Positions 13,931-26,398 of a stretch of 64,000 nucleotides of DNA are shown in pieces. Origin of the DNA: Squalus acanthias (Eukaryota). Position 1 is the stretch's first letter. Every line of letters starts with the position of its first letter. Location: positions 744,001 to 808,000 of the forward strand of contig JASTWF010000114.1 in NCBI GenBank assembly GCA_030390025.1. Direction: 5' to 3'. The notes below the pieces were generated by a model. The model worked only from the letters and a program-made list of their open reading frames with translations, did no database searches and was not told the origin of the DNA. The position numbers and the translations under genes are program-made.

Positions 13931-13931
13931 T

Positions 13932-15214
13932 ATGTGGAACTACAGTTCCCAAGGTGCATTGCGCGGTGTGTATAGTGCTGCGCAATAATTGGTTCTCCAG
14001 GCAGCCGTGTCGGTATCAGCAGTGACAAAGCTCTTGGTCTCTGTGCATGATTGCGAGAGCATCTCCAGTCACAACACCAAAACCCCTTTAATAATTTTAA
14101 CAGACCGGAGGAATCAGGGATCAGTTCAAGCGCAGAAACAGAACAAAGCACCTGAACAATAGCTTGGTCAAGGAGGATGGTTTTAAGGAGTGTCTTAAAA
14201 GGGTAAAGGCATGTAGAGAAGCGGAGACGTTTAGGGAGGTAATTCCAGAGTGTAGTGCCTTGGCAACTGAAAACGGCAGCCAATGGTGGAGCAATTAAAA
14301 TCGGGGAGAATCGGAGGAGTGCAGAGGAGGGCTGGAGGAGGTTACCGAGCTAGGGTGGGGGGCGAGGCCATGGAGGGATTTGAAAACAAAGAGCAGATTT
14401 TTTAATTCGAGAAGTTGCTTATCCGGGAGCCAATGTAGGTCAGCGAGCACTGGGGTGTTGAGTGAACGAGATTTGGTGCGAGTTCAGACACGGGCAGCAG
14501 AGTTTTGAATGAGCTCAAGTTTACGGAGTGTAGAAAGTGGGAGGAGTCCCAAGAGTGCATTGGAATAGTCAGGTCTACAGGTAAGAAAGGCATGGTTGAG
14601 GCTTTCAGCAGCAGGTGAGCTGAGGCGGGGAGGAGCCGTGCGATGTTATGGAGGTGGAAATACGCTGTTTTATTGAAGGCGTGGATATGTGGTCGGAAGC
14701 TCATCTCGGGGTCAGATATGACATCAAGTTTGCAAACTGTCTGTTTCAGCCTCAGAGATTTACCAGGGAGACGGATGGAGTCAGTGGTGAGCGACCGTAA
14801 TTTGTGGCGGGGACCAAAGGCAATGGCTTTGGTAATTCCAATATTTAGTTGGATGACATTTCTGCATATTCAGTACTGGATGTCGGACAAGCAGTGTGAC
14901 AATTCAGAGAGTGGAGGTGTTGAGAGAGGTGATGGTGAGATAGAGCTGACACAGTAGTGTCAATAGACACGTTGATCTTGGCTATTACCCAATGTGGAAC
15001 TACAGTTCCTAAGGTGCATTGCGCGGTGCGGCCAGTGCTCTGAAATGATTGGTTCTCCAGTCAACCGTGTCGGTGTCAACAGTAACAAAGCTCTTGGTCC
15101 CTGTGCAGAGTTGAGAGAGCAGCTCCATTCAAGCACCAACGCCGCTTTAATAATTCTAACAGACCAGAGGAATCAGTAATCAGTTCAAGCGCAGAAACAG
15201 AACCAAGCACCTGG
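13932..15214 (+). repeat. Local tandem duplication of an L2 fragment plus ~220-bp promoter-like element
   Basis: 13932-14154 and 14993-15214 are near-identical; each follows L2 sequence and GACACAGT(G/A)GTGTCAA. Confidence 0.85.
13939..13992 (+). promoter_or_regulatory. ZNF143/Staf-type motif plus CCAAT box (copy 1; copy 2 at 14999-15052)
   Basis: ACTACAGTTCCCAAGGTGCATTGCG matches the ACTACAnnTCCCA...TGC motif; ATTGG ~25 nt downstream in both copies. Confidence 0.55.
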
Positions 15215-15276
15215 GCTTCACGGAAAAGCCCCATGTCCAGGTGAGAGCCAATCACTGCCCGAATTCAGTGCTGGCT

Positions 15277-15290
15277 ACTCCAGGGGGCGA
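15277..15290 (+). promoter_or_regulatory. Candidate CTCF site upstream of the IgL cluster
   Basis: ACTCCAGGGGGCGA vs consensus CCACCAGGGGGCGC. Confidence 0.4.
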
Positions 15291-16295
15291 GAATCCCTCC
15301 GTTCTAAGGAACAGGGGTATACCTAACTTTACAGACAAACAATTCAGATATTTATTACACAAAATTTATTATTGCATTCACGCTAATATCTCCAGCCAAA
15401 GCGTTTATTAACAATTTATTACATTTTTCTTTCGCCCTCATGTAACTGACTACAACCAATTTCAGTCTGACTTTTAAAAACATGAATCAAGACTCAGAGT
15501 GGCGAGTTAGGGATTGACTCCAAACAGGGGAAGTGTTCAACATCACAGAGACCCAGAAACAACTGACACCGCCGCTTAATAATTCAACTGGAACAGGCTT
15601 TAAAACGGGAACTGCGCGCATTAATCGGACCCGCAGCAAATTAAAGGCAAGTTGTCAGTTTTAAAATATTGTGGCGAGTTTTATTTGTCCTCCTGAGTTT
15701 TAAAGGGGGTGACTCAGAGTATAATGGAACAACTTCTTTTTAATCCGGGGCAGGCTGTAAAATGCCACTTACTTCCCCTCTTTCTCATTCATCTAATTAG
15801 CTTTTTACTCCGCCTCAGGAATATTTTCATCGGAATTGTATTTACAGACTGAAGCCCAAATCATATTTGTCAATTTAAACCCCAATTTTAAAGTGATTGA
15901 CAAATCCAGAGTTGTCTTGCTGCTGATTTAGAGAAAGGGACGTCAGTCTATTATGAAATATATATCTTAGGGGAACAGTTAATTTTAAAATCTGATGCAA
16001 TATATCAGAGAGGAACAGCGCGTTAACAGATCGATTCCGGCCGAAGTGCATCAGTTGAACCGTATCTCTACAATCCGCCCCTCATTTTTCTGGGGTAGAA
16101 CACAGACTAAATATTCATTAAACGCAAAAATCTTTGAAACCTTGGAAACTTACCTTAACAGAAACTCCAATTGGAGATTAAACATTTGTATATTAAAAGT
16201 TTGAGATTGTAATAATTTAGTCAGGCAAAAATAGATTTAAATAAAAGTCCGGGATTTAAAATCTGCCTCCTTTCTTTTCCTGGCCCCTCCCAGCC

Positions 16296-16318
16296 ATTTG
16301 CATACCGGGTAATAAATA
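16296..16318 (+). promoter_or_regulatory. Ig light-chain promoter: octamer ATTTGCAT plus TATA-like TAATAAATA
   Basis: ATTTGCAT at 16296-16303 in light-chain orientation, 140 bp before the leader ATG. Confidence 0.85.
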
Positions 16319-16636
16319 GACCTGGAGTCTCGGGTTTGCAGACACTGTAACCGGACCAGGTCCCGGAGTTTACAGGAACAGCGCACGGTTCAGTCGGAAA
16401 TTTGGACGGTGGCTGTTGGCGCTTCTCCAGTGGAAATGGTTCAGGCGATGCATCTCCTGTGGGCTCTGATGATCCATTTAACAGGTGAGAGAAGGATGGT
16501 TTCCGTCACGGGTTTATCCGCAACTAAATTGGTTCAATACCGAGAATCGGGCGGTTTTCTCTCCGGGTTTATTGAGGCATTAACGTCCCATTTGCTCCAA
16601 GTCACTGGATGGGTTAATTGTTTTCTTTTATTGAAG

Positions 16637-16990
16637 GTGTCCTGGCGGCTCCCGTCCTCAATCAGTCCCCAATAACCGATCCTGTCTCCGCGTGTCAGAC
16701 CGCCCGGTTACAGTGCGCGATGCAGAACTGGGATGTGAGCAGCAACAGCGTCTACTGGTACCGACAGCGACCCGGGGATGCTCCGGTGTGGGTGAAATAT
16801 CACAAGTATGATGGCACCATCAAACGAGGCACCGGCTTCAGAGAACGTTTTCAACCTTCCAGAGACGCCTCCGGTAACAGTTACATTCTGACCATCGGAA
16901 CCCTGGTGCCCAATGTCTCCGTCGTCTATTACTGTACTGTGCGGAAATAGGGATATATCTTCGGACCGGGGACCGCCCTGAGTATAAAGA
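16637..16990 (+). pseudogene. Pre-joined V-J exon of the light chain (no RSS, in-frame join, TAG in CDR3)
   Basis: Canonical Cys-Trp-Cys and FGxG in one exon; no CACAGTG/ACAAAAACC between V and J. Confidence 0.92.
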
Positions 16991-17817
16991 GTAAGTGACT
17001 CTCTCATTCTATCATTCACATTGTTTCAATTATTATTAATTTACAGTCGCTTTTGTGCCCGGGCGCCAGAGCAATCTCGATTCAGTTAATTTTGATGATG
17101 GATCTATTTATACGAAAAATATTAAACTGGTCAGATTTGAAATTGTTGAAGCGCCTCGGGGAATAATACTGCGCTGAAATGAATTTTGACACAATTTCCG
17201 AATAGTATAGATGCACTTAACGGGAGGCTAGATAAGCATATGAGGGATAACGGATTAGAGATTTATGCTGAAAGAGTTAGATGTGGAAGTATGGGAGGAG
17301 CCCCGAGTGGAGAATAAACGCCGGCATGGACTGGTTGGTCCCAATGAACTGTTTCTCTGCTGTATATTCGGTGTAATTCTATGTAAAGCATTTACAATAT
17401 TGTTAGACAGAGTCACTACATTAATTCCCAGCCCGTGTACAATGTCCTCTCTTTATTCAATGAGCTTTTCAATACCCGGTAACAGACCCGGCTCAATTAT
17501 TAACCCCACAACATTTAAAGCGGATCAGTTTCTAACTCGCAATTCTAAAAAAAATATGAATTGTAAAAAAAAAAAATTCCGGAGTCTTATAGAATCATTC
17601 AGCACAGAAGGAGACCATTCGGCCCATCGTGCCTCTGGCGGCTTTTTGAAAGGGCTGCATCTGTTTGAGGTATCAGATCATATGTGGACTCTCGGTGAAA
17701 ATAGAGTCACAGCTCCGTTACTTAAACTCTTTAAAGTTAACACAACGCATTTTAAGAAAAGTAAACGCTTTATTATATTGAAGTAAAAAGGGAAAAAGCT
17801 GCAATTATACAAAATCA

Positions 17818-17987
17818 AATAAAAACAGAAAATGCTGGGAATACACGGCCGGTCGGTCAGTGTCTGTAACGGGAACAAACAGGTTAATGTGGTTTCGGGG
17901 TGTAACCTGCACCTGAACTGGTCAGTTACTGATCTTCCCGCCTCACACATGCTGACTGACTCGGTCTGTATTTCCAGCATTTTCTGT
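17818..17987. repeat. Short inverted-repeat (MITE/Penelope-derived) element in the J-C intron
   Basis: ACAGAAAATGCTGGGAATACAC ... TGTATTTCCAGCATTTTCTGT termini. Confidence 0.7.
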
Positions 17988-18297
17988 GCTATTTTGCAAA
18001 AAAGAAAGAAAGACTTGTATTTCTACAGCTCCTTTCACGACCTCAGGACGTCTCAAAGCGCTTTACAGACAATGAAGTATTTTGAACCAAGTCACTGCTG
18101 TAATGTAGGCAAAAGTATTGGCAGAGGAGCAGTGGAATTAGAGATTTAAGAATTTATTGGAAATCCAGTATTAATCAGTAATTTATTTTAAAGTGAATGT
18201 TGTTCGCGCGTTCTTTGGCGTCTTTGCTTTCAGATCAGAGCGTCCCACTGCTGACGGATTCCATAAACTAATGAATTTTCTCTCCCCCCACACACAG

Positions 18298-18626
18298 GCA
18301 GCGAGGATCGAAGCCCCTCGGTACTTCTCCTCCCTCCCTTCTCGGAGGAAATCGTCTCGGGATCGGCCACTCTGTCCTGCCTGGTCAGTCGCTTCTAGCC
18401 GGGCTTGGTGCGGCTCCGCTGGAGCGTGGATGGCCAAGAGACAGACAGCGGGGTGACGTCGGGCGCCGTGTCCACGGACGGCGATCAAAGCTACAGCCTG
18501 AGCAGTTACCTGAGAGTCCTCGCCGCCGCCTGGAACAAGGGCTCCAGCTAATCCTGCAGCGTCAGCCACGGCTCCCTGAGCTCGCCTCTTCTCAAGACCA
18601 TCAGCGCCTCCTCGTGTTCAGACTGA
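18298..18626 (+). pseudogene. Light-chain constant (C1-set) exon with two nonsense codons
   Basis: CACACAG acceptor, phase 1, C-terminal interchain Cys (SSCSD*); TAG 18396-18398, TAA 18549-18551; AATAAA at 18932. Confidence 0.92.
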
Positions 18627-21475
18627 GGCGGTGCAAGTTGGAGTGAAGTTTGATTTTTGCTAGTGTTTAGTGTAATGAAACAGATCATTGAATCTGTGCA
18701 ATCCTCCTTTTTTGGAAAGTAATCCCTGTAACATTTTCAGTTTTTGGCAAACAATCCGATTGTTTAATAACTGAAGTGACGGAAATGATTGTGTGCCTTT
18801 GTGAGATGGAAATTTCTGTACAACTGTCCGCAATATCTTGTATGTAAACTTTCGCTGTGTGTAGAATGAGGACAGATTTCCCTTTAGTCTGTGACCATAT
18901 TTTGATTGGTAACTTGTGTAACACAGCTCTTAATAAACATGAAATGCTGCCACGAGCTTAAAGTGGTCCGTCTTTACTCAGCATTTAAAGTAACATTGAA
19001 TGGAATACATAGAATGCACAGCACAAACAGGCCATTCAGCCCAACTGGCCCACGCCTGTGTTTAACCTTCACTCGAACCTCATCCCAGCTTCCTCATGTG
19101 AACCCTTTCAGCATAATCCTCTGTTCCCTTCTCAACTCATGTGCTTATGTAGCTTCCCATTATTTGCATCTATACTATTCGCCTCAACTATTCTGAGTGC
19201 TAGCGAATCCAACATTCTAAACACTCTCTGGGCAAAGAAGTTTCTCTTGAATTCCCCATTGGATTTATTAGTGACTGTCTTATATTGATGGCCCCTAGTT
19301 CTGGTCTCCCCCCACAAGTGAAACATCTTCTCTATGTCTACACTATCAAACCCTTTCATAGTTTTAAAGACCTCTATCAGTTCACCCCTCAGGCTTCTGT
19401 TTTCGAGTTATAACCTCTCAGTTCTGTATCATCCTTGTAAATCTTTTATTGCACCTTCTCCAGTGCCAGATTCGGGGGGCACAGAGAGCTGGGGGTAGAT
19501 AGGGATGGAGGTGGTTACAGAGATAGGGAGGGGCGAAGCCATGAACGCATTTGAACAAGTGATGACAATTTTAATTTTGGGGGCCTTGGGGATGAGGAGT
19601 CCCTGCAGTACAGCAAGACCGTGGATGGTGAGTGAGTGGGACATGAGGGGGATGGGCTGCGGCCAGAAGAGTTTGGATGAGCTCAAGATTACCAAGAGTC
19701 TTCGGTAGAGGGGTCGCGAGCATTGGAAAAGTCACGTTAGGAGGTAAAAAAGCCTTGGATGAGGGTTAACGGCAGGTGGACTGAGGTAGCCGGGAAGGCA
19801 GGAAAGTTTAGCGAGTTGAAAGTCGGCGGCCTCTAGGACGGACTGGTCATGGGGCGGGAAACTCAGATATGGGTGGAATAGGGTCCTGAGATTGCGAAAA
19901 GTCTGGGTCGATTGAGACTGGGAAGGGGGTGGAATCAATGGGCGAGGGTGGTAATCTGTGGCGAGAGAGAGAGTGCTCTCCCTGGGAAAATATTCCTGGG
20001 TATAAAGTTCCAAAACATTACATAGGGACCACATTCAGGTACAGGTGACCAGCTCGGCCACCTCGCTTTCAGATGTTGTCAGCGTCAATCAGATGTGATC
20101 TGGAGCCAGCAGATCCTGGCATTTCCCAGCTACAAACGATTTGGCGCTATTTTAATTCAGACGGGGGAGATAGGCGTTCATAATCGGTACCACTCCCACC
20201 TCACCCCTCCCGCCGGCACATGTGCAGTTACGGTCAGTAAGATAACCCGCACGACATATGGTAACAGTGCGACATAACCGAGTGCCTCAGAATCAACTCA
20301 ACGCAAAGTTCAGGCAGAGAATCGTGCATCTTATTTTCGCAGGAGGCGGCCATTCAGCTCCAGGAGCCTGTAACATAGGAACAGGAGGAGCCCATGCAGC
20401 TCCTCGAAACTGTTCCGCCATTCAATTAGATCATGGCTGATCTTTATCTTAACTCCATCTACCTGTCTTGGTTCCGTAACCCTTAATACTATTACCCCCA
20501 AAAAATCTATCAAATCTCAGTTTTGCTATTTTAAATTGAGCCCCAGCCTCAACAGCTTATTGGGGGAGAGAGTTCCAGATTCCATTCGTGTGAAGAGTTT
20601 CCTGACATCACGTCTGAACGACCTTGCTCTAATTTTAAGGTGATGCCTCCTTATTCTGGACTCCCCCTCCCCACCAGAGGAAATAGTTTCGCTCTATCTA
20701 CCATATCGAATCCTTTAATCATCTTAAACACCTCAATTAGATGGCCGTTTAATCTTCTATACTCAAGGGGATTCTAGCCTAGTCTGTGCAAATCTCACCC
20801 TTTTTTTCCGCAGTAGCCTTTAGATCGGTCTCTTATGCCATTTATTGCATGTGCTTCCATTTGCTCAACAGTGAATGATTTTAATCCAATCTCTCCAGAT
20901 TTCTTCAGTCGTTAATGGTAATTCAATCTCCTGAAGGTTTGTGACTCTAGTCTGAAGCTGGCCTAGGGCTGGGATGTCTCCCACATGTTGTGGGGCGCTT
21001 CTATACTCAAACGTTAGACAGACTACAAATCAGTTTCCATCTCACAGTAACGTGTAATAGTAATCGGGATTTCTGGCACAACCGGACCCATGAGAGGAAT
21101 GCTGTGTTGCCGGACTGGGAGCCAATGTTGGTCGGCGAACACAGGGGTGATGGGTGAACGGGACCTGGACCGATTTCTGACACGGGCCAGCAGAGTTTGC
21201 ACCCCTGATTATTCTCCTTTAGAGATACTGGGATACAAGCATCCCAGAACCAAATTTACTCCGAACGACCGCTCCACCACTACGGGCTCCACTGAAGTCG
21301 TGAATTGATTGTGCATTGTCGGTATCACAGTCCATTGAAAATTGCAAGATATCTGGGAGTCACAGTAAGGAAGTGGTGCTCACACTGCTTCCAAACCTCA
21401 GCTCTAATATGTGAAAAGCAGTCGCCAGGGGGTGACAGAGAAACGCCATCCAACACACACCCTTATCACATGTTG

Positions 21476-21489
21476 CCTCCAGGGGGCGT
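21476..21489 (+). promoter_or_regulatory. Candidate CTCF site downstream of the IgL cluster
   Basis: CCTCCAGGGGGCGT; a weaker second match TCGCCAGGGGGTGA at ~21422. Confidence 0.45.
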
Positions 21490-22849
21490 TTGGTTAAATG
21501 AACGATCCCATTCAGATTTAAGTTTCAGCTGCTTAAAAAATGAATTATTAATCTATTTTGAGACTAATTCACTGGTATTAATTATTGAGTCTTTGGGATG
21601 TCAGAGCTATAAAATGAATGTTCTTTCACATTGTTATTATGAAATATTCAAGTACATTGATGGTGGGAGTTTGTGGATTATACTGTGGTACATAAGAACA
21701 TAAGAAATAGGAGCAGGGGTAGGTCATTCCACCCTTTGAGCCTGCTCCGCCATTCAATAAGTTCATGGCTAATCTTTTACCTCATCTCCAATTTCCTGAA
21801 CTATCCCCATATCCCTTGATTCCCTTAATTATCAAAAAAAAATATCGATCTCTATCTTGAATATACTCAACGACCGAGCCTCTACAGCCCTCTGGGGTAG
21901 AGAATTCCAAAGATTCACCACCCTCTGAGTGAAGACATTTCTCTTCATCTAAATCCTAAATGGCCCTCCCCTTATCCTGAGTCTGTGACCCCAGGCCTAA
22001 GACTCTCCAGCCAAGATGTACACACACTTACTGGTATTTTCTGGCATAAGTTGTTATTGAAAAAAGTATTATTCATATGTAAAGGTTTATCAATCAGTTA
22101 CCTAAAAAATGGCCATTAGGTTTTGCAGTTAGTTTTGCTGCGAGTTAATCTTATTTAGCTAGTGTCACTCCTGTGAATAATTGGTTACCTGGATAATTCT
22201 GGGAATTAATAATTGTGGTTTGTAGACAGCACCCAGTTGAACTCCGTTTATTAAGTCTCTAAAAATTTTCCATCCCTGTTTATCGGTTATAGCTATCAGG
22301 AAAGATTGAACAGGCTGGTGTTCTTTTCTCTAGAAAGGAGAGGATTAAGAGGTGACCTGATAGCGGTCTTTAAGATTATGAAAGGTTTTGATAGGGTATA
22401 CATAGAGGAGATATTTCCACTTCTGGGAGAGACCAGAACTAGGGGCTCTCAATATCAGAGAGTCACTAATAAATCCAATAGGGAATTTAGGAGAAACTTC
22501 TTTATACAGTGTGTAGTCAGATGTGGAACTCGCTACCACACGGAGTGGTTGAGGCAAATAGCATAGAGGTTTTTAAGGAGAAGTTAGATAAACACGTGAG
22601 GCAGAAAGGAGTAGAAGGATATGGTGATAGGGGGAGATGAAGAGGGGTGGGAGGAGGCTCGTGTGAAGCATAATCACCGGTATGGACCTGTTGGGCCGAA
22701 TGGCCTGTTTCTGTGCTGTACATTCTCTGTAATTCAATGTAATGAAGGGGTTACAGTGAAAGAGCCATTTGCACATCTCTCACTCTTTCCTGGCTTTCTG
22801 TACATTTTTCCCCGACACCCTCTTCTCCATATCTTAGCTGGAGAAGCCT

Positions 22850-23035
22850 AGTGCAACAGCACAAATTACAGACAGCGCCGCTGCTCCAAGTTTGCACTGA
22901 GACAATGATGTGACTTCTGTTGCTATAGGTTCCGTCCGGGTCTATTGTACCGAGAATCGGTGCGTCGCTCTGGAACCCCGGCCGGAAACATCCCAGAAAA
23001 TAGCAATCCGGTTCGATGAAACACCACTGACTGTG
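22850..23035 (-). pseudogene. Degenerate C1-set exon fragment of the same non-rearranging receptor family
   Basis: VSGVSSNRIAIFWDVSGR / GTIDPDGTYSNRSHIIVSVQTWSSGAVC with frameshifts; similar to the C1 exons of genes A and B. Confidence 0.8.
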
Positions 23036-24014
23036 TCCTGCTAATAAACTTTGAATTTGCAGAAATCGGTTTTTGTTACTTTTGTGACAACTCCGTACAT
23101 GTTTGCTACAAAGATTAAAGTCAGGAACAGGAGGAGGCCATTCAGCAACTCGAGCCTGTCCCACAACTCAATTAGATTATGGCTGACCTGTATCTTAACT
23201 CCATTTAACCGCCTTGGTTCTGTGATCCTGAATACCCACACCCAACAAAAATCTATCGATCTCAGTTTTGAAGCTTGGATTGATCCCCAGCCTCGACAGC
23301 TTTTTGGGGGAGAGAGTTCCAGATTGTCACTACCCTTTGTGAGGAAGTGCTTCATGAACGTCCTGACTCTAATTTAATTAACAAACTGTCCTTTCTTTGT
23401 ATTTATATGGAAGCTGAACACAAACCCTCTTGCTGCTCATTTTACATGTATAGAATTCAAAGGAAGCGACCCTTCCCCGCACTCACTCCCATTACAAGGA
23501 ACTCCGGTGGACAAAAGTATTTTTAATTGATTGCTTTTGAATGCAACGGGAAAAACTATCAGTTAATTCTCATTTTGCATAATTCCAGTGGCCGAAGCCT
23601 TTCCCAGTCATCCCAGTCAAAGAGGGATGATCAACAACTACCTATATGCAAAATACCAAAGGGTCAAACCTTATTATTGTTTGAGACACCAAATATAATA
23701 TTGGCAACTTTGATTCAATCTTCATCAAAATTAAGGTATGCTATATTAATGCAGTGTTTGATTGCTCAGATACAGTATCTGACACAACAAGAATGTATTG
23801 CCAAATATTGAATGAAATCAAGCTCCCAAAAACAGCAGTGTGATAATCATCAAGACATCTCATATATTGATGTTGACTGAGGTATAAATATTGGCCCAGG
23901 ACATCGAGGATAACTCCACTGCTCTTCTTCCAATGGTGGCCCTGGGATCTTTCACAGCCACCTGAGAGATAAGACGGGGCCTCGATTTAACCTTGCATCC
24001 GAAAGTTGGCCGCT

Positions 24015-24405
24015 CCATCAGTGTGGCGCCTCCTCAGTACTGCCCCTCCGACAGTGCGGCGCTCCGTCATTACTACCCCTCCGACTGAGCGGCGCTCTCT
24101 CAGTACTGTCCCCCCAACAGTGCAGCGCTCTCTAAGTACTGCCCCTCCGGCAGTGCAGCGCTCTCTCAGTGCTGCCCCTCCGACAGTGCAGCGCTCCCTC
24201 AGTACTGCCCCTCCGATGGTGCGGCGCTCCCTCAGTACTGTACCTCCGACAGTGCGGCAATCCCTCAGTATTGCCCCTCCGACAGTGCAGCGCACCCTCA
24301 GTACTGCCTCTCCGACAGTGCGGCGCTCACTCAGTACTGCCCCTCCGACAGTGCAGTGCTCCCTAAATACTGCCCCTCCGACAGTGCAGCGCTCCCTCAG
24401 TACCG
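24015..24405. repeat. 33-bp tandem array within a shark Deu-type SINE
   Basis: ~12 copies of CAGTACTGCCCCTCCGACAGTGCAGCGCTCCCT embedded in the SINE (23850-24490). Confidence 0.85.
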
Positions 24406-25376
24406 CACAGAGAGTGTCGGCCAGGATTATGTGCTCAAGTCTCTGGAGTGGGACCTTAACAAATCTATGACCCTCTGAGCCACGGCTGAGACAGAATGAG
24501 CAATTGGATGAAATCCTGCAACAAAGAGACAGGCGGCATTAACATAGAAACATAGAAGATAGGAGCAGGAGTAGGCCATTCGGCCCCTCGAGCCTGCTCC
24601 GCCATTCGATGAGATCATGGCTTCATGGCTGATCATCTAAACTCAGTACCATGTACCTGCCTTCTGCCCATATCCCTTGATACCTTTAGCTTTAAGAAAT
24701 ATATCTAACTCATCCTTGAATATATTTACTGATACTGGGTGAAACAGTTAAAGAAAGAAAGACTGTCACCTATTAAAACACGTCCCAATACTGGCACTGG
24801 AGCGTCGGCCTAGATTTTTGTGCTCAGGTCTCTGGAGTGGGACTATGAACCCATGACCTTCTGACTCGGAGGCGAGAGTGCTGCTCACTTAGCCGCGGCT
24901 GATATATTAACAGATAATTGCACCTTTCTTCAATCTGGTCTATTTTTGTTGGTACAAGTAAGGGTGTATGAATGAATGCGTTCTGGACCAATAAGAAGCA
25001 ACACTCGGAATAGGAACATGTCCTCGCGCCCACATGAATGACACAACCAGTGAGGTGCGTGCAATTCAGCACTGCCTGCCTTCAGTTCAATGTTTAATCA
25101 GCCTGCACTGCTCGCCGCCTTTCACTCCTGTTTAACACGAACTGGAATGCATTGCACTTTGCAGGCAGACCTGTGCGTGGGCGTTTAATGTGTCAACAGG
25201 AAACCCGCAGCGAGCCTTGACATTACGCTGTATTTTCCAGCCTGCTATTTTTAAAATGCAAGCACGCAATTTCCGCAGCTGTGCCTTTCACATCTCTTGC
25301 GAGCCGGGCCCAGCGCTGCGATATCCCAGCAAAGTGTTCAGTGTGCAGCTCACAGCAAGCACCTCGGTCGCAGACA

Positions 25377-25419
25377 ATGAGCTTCTTAACTCCCTGCGCG
25401 CTGTTCCATCTATTTCCAG
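25377..25419 (+). CDS. Gene A leader exon
   Basis: ACAATGA context, MSFLTPCALFHLFP, CAG|GTCAGT phase-1 donor; joins as ..FP-V-IVC|QEV. Confidence 0.7.
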
Positions 25420-26059
25420 GTCAGTCTTATGTGCTTTTACTTCATGGCGGAATTCAAGCGTAAGATCATTGAGCTAGTCAGACAAGTAGAAGACTTCGCG
25501 CTGTATTCTCTAATATTAGTGTCATGTTGAAGGACTAGATTATCTCAGGCGAATGAAATTACATCAAACGTGAATATTTTCCATCTGTCGGATGTCCCGT
25601 CTGCTCTCTCAGGTGAGGGGAAAAGATCCCACTCCCACTGTTGAAAGGAGAGCTGGGGAGTTCTTCCCGGTATCCTGGGGCCAATATTATATCACTCAAT
25701 CAACATCACAGATTACCTGTTCATTATCACATTGCTGTTTGTGGGAGCTTGCTGTGCGCATTATGGATGCCACGTTTCCTACACTACAACAGTGACTATA
25801 TTTCAAAAGGTAATTTATTGGCTGTAAAGATCTTTCTTTATTTCTTTCTTTCTTACTTACTTCCTTCCTTTCATTCTTTCCCCTGTTATTGTCTCAATTT
25901 TAACCCCCCAGCATTTGACTCAATTAAATATTAGGATCCATGATCATTAATGATCGGATGGTCCTTGTCACAGTTTACTGCTGTACCCGTTTCTTTTTAG
26001 GAAGCAGTGATTATTTCTGCCGTGTAACAGACCATCTTGTGAATATGTTGCTCTCTCAG

Positions 26060-26398
26060 TTATTGTCTGTCAGGAAGTTTTCCGCCAGAATCCGCCGGTT
26101 CAGACTGTCTCCGTTGGAAGTATCTTTAAGGAGGATTGTCACACGGGATGGTTGACAGCAGGAGCTGTGCACTGGTATAAGCGGCAGCACCGGGAGCCTC
26201 TACAGCTGGTTTACACCGTGTGGAAGCACCTGCCTCCTGAAGGAAGATTTTCCGGACAAGTTAACGACGAATCCAGTATTTACTCTCTGATTGTGAAAGA
26301 TGTCCAGAGGAATGATTCGGGTGTCTATTACTGCGCAGCTGAGAAATATAGCAGAATGCCCATGATATTCGGAAACGGCACGAAGTTGCTCATTGCAG
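26060..26398 (+). CDS. Gene A VJ-type V domain exon (open)
   Basis: IVCQEVFRQNPPVQTVSVGSIFKEDCHTGWLTAGAVHWYKRQHREPLQLV..GRFSG..YSLIVKDVQRNDSGVYYCAAEKYSRMPMIFGNGTKLLIA; GTAAG donor. Confidence 0.9.

Larger units (their letters stand above)
16436..18626 (+). pseudogene. Germline-joined Ig light chain, type I / sigma-cart (NS5-like) cluster, pseudogene
   Basis: Leader 16436-16484 (MVQAMHLLWALMIHLTG, GTGAG donor). VJ exon 16637-16990: APVLNQSPITDPVSA..C..WYRQRPG..RFQPSRD..YYCTVRK*GYIFGPGTALSIK, GTAAGT donor. C exon 18298-18626: SEDRSPSVLLLPP..ATLSCLVSRF*PG..W..DQSYSLSSYLRV..WNKGSS*SCSVSHGSLSSPLLKTISASSCSD. Stops at 16948, 18396, 18549. Confidence 0.92.

Noticed and set aside
20036-20225. E-box cluster as an IgL 3' enhancer
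   Set aside because: Short motifs at a density not clearly above chance; cannot be supported without conservation data
21326-21400. CACAGT heptamer-like sequences as RSS
   Set aside because: No nonamer at 12 or 23 bp spacing and no adjacent V/J segment
24015-24405. Regular 33-bp array resembling a CRISPR or repeat-protein ORF (also 43735-44030)
   Set aside because: No unique spacers; it is a tandem expansion inside a common shark SINE in eukaryotic DNA, and the ORFs are artefacts
25958-26000. Alternative gene A leader MVLVTVYCCTRFFL
   Set aside because: No GT donor follows (TTAG|GAAGC); the exon at 25377-25419 has proper Kozak, donor and phase
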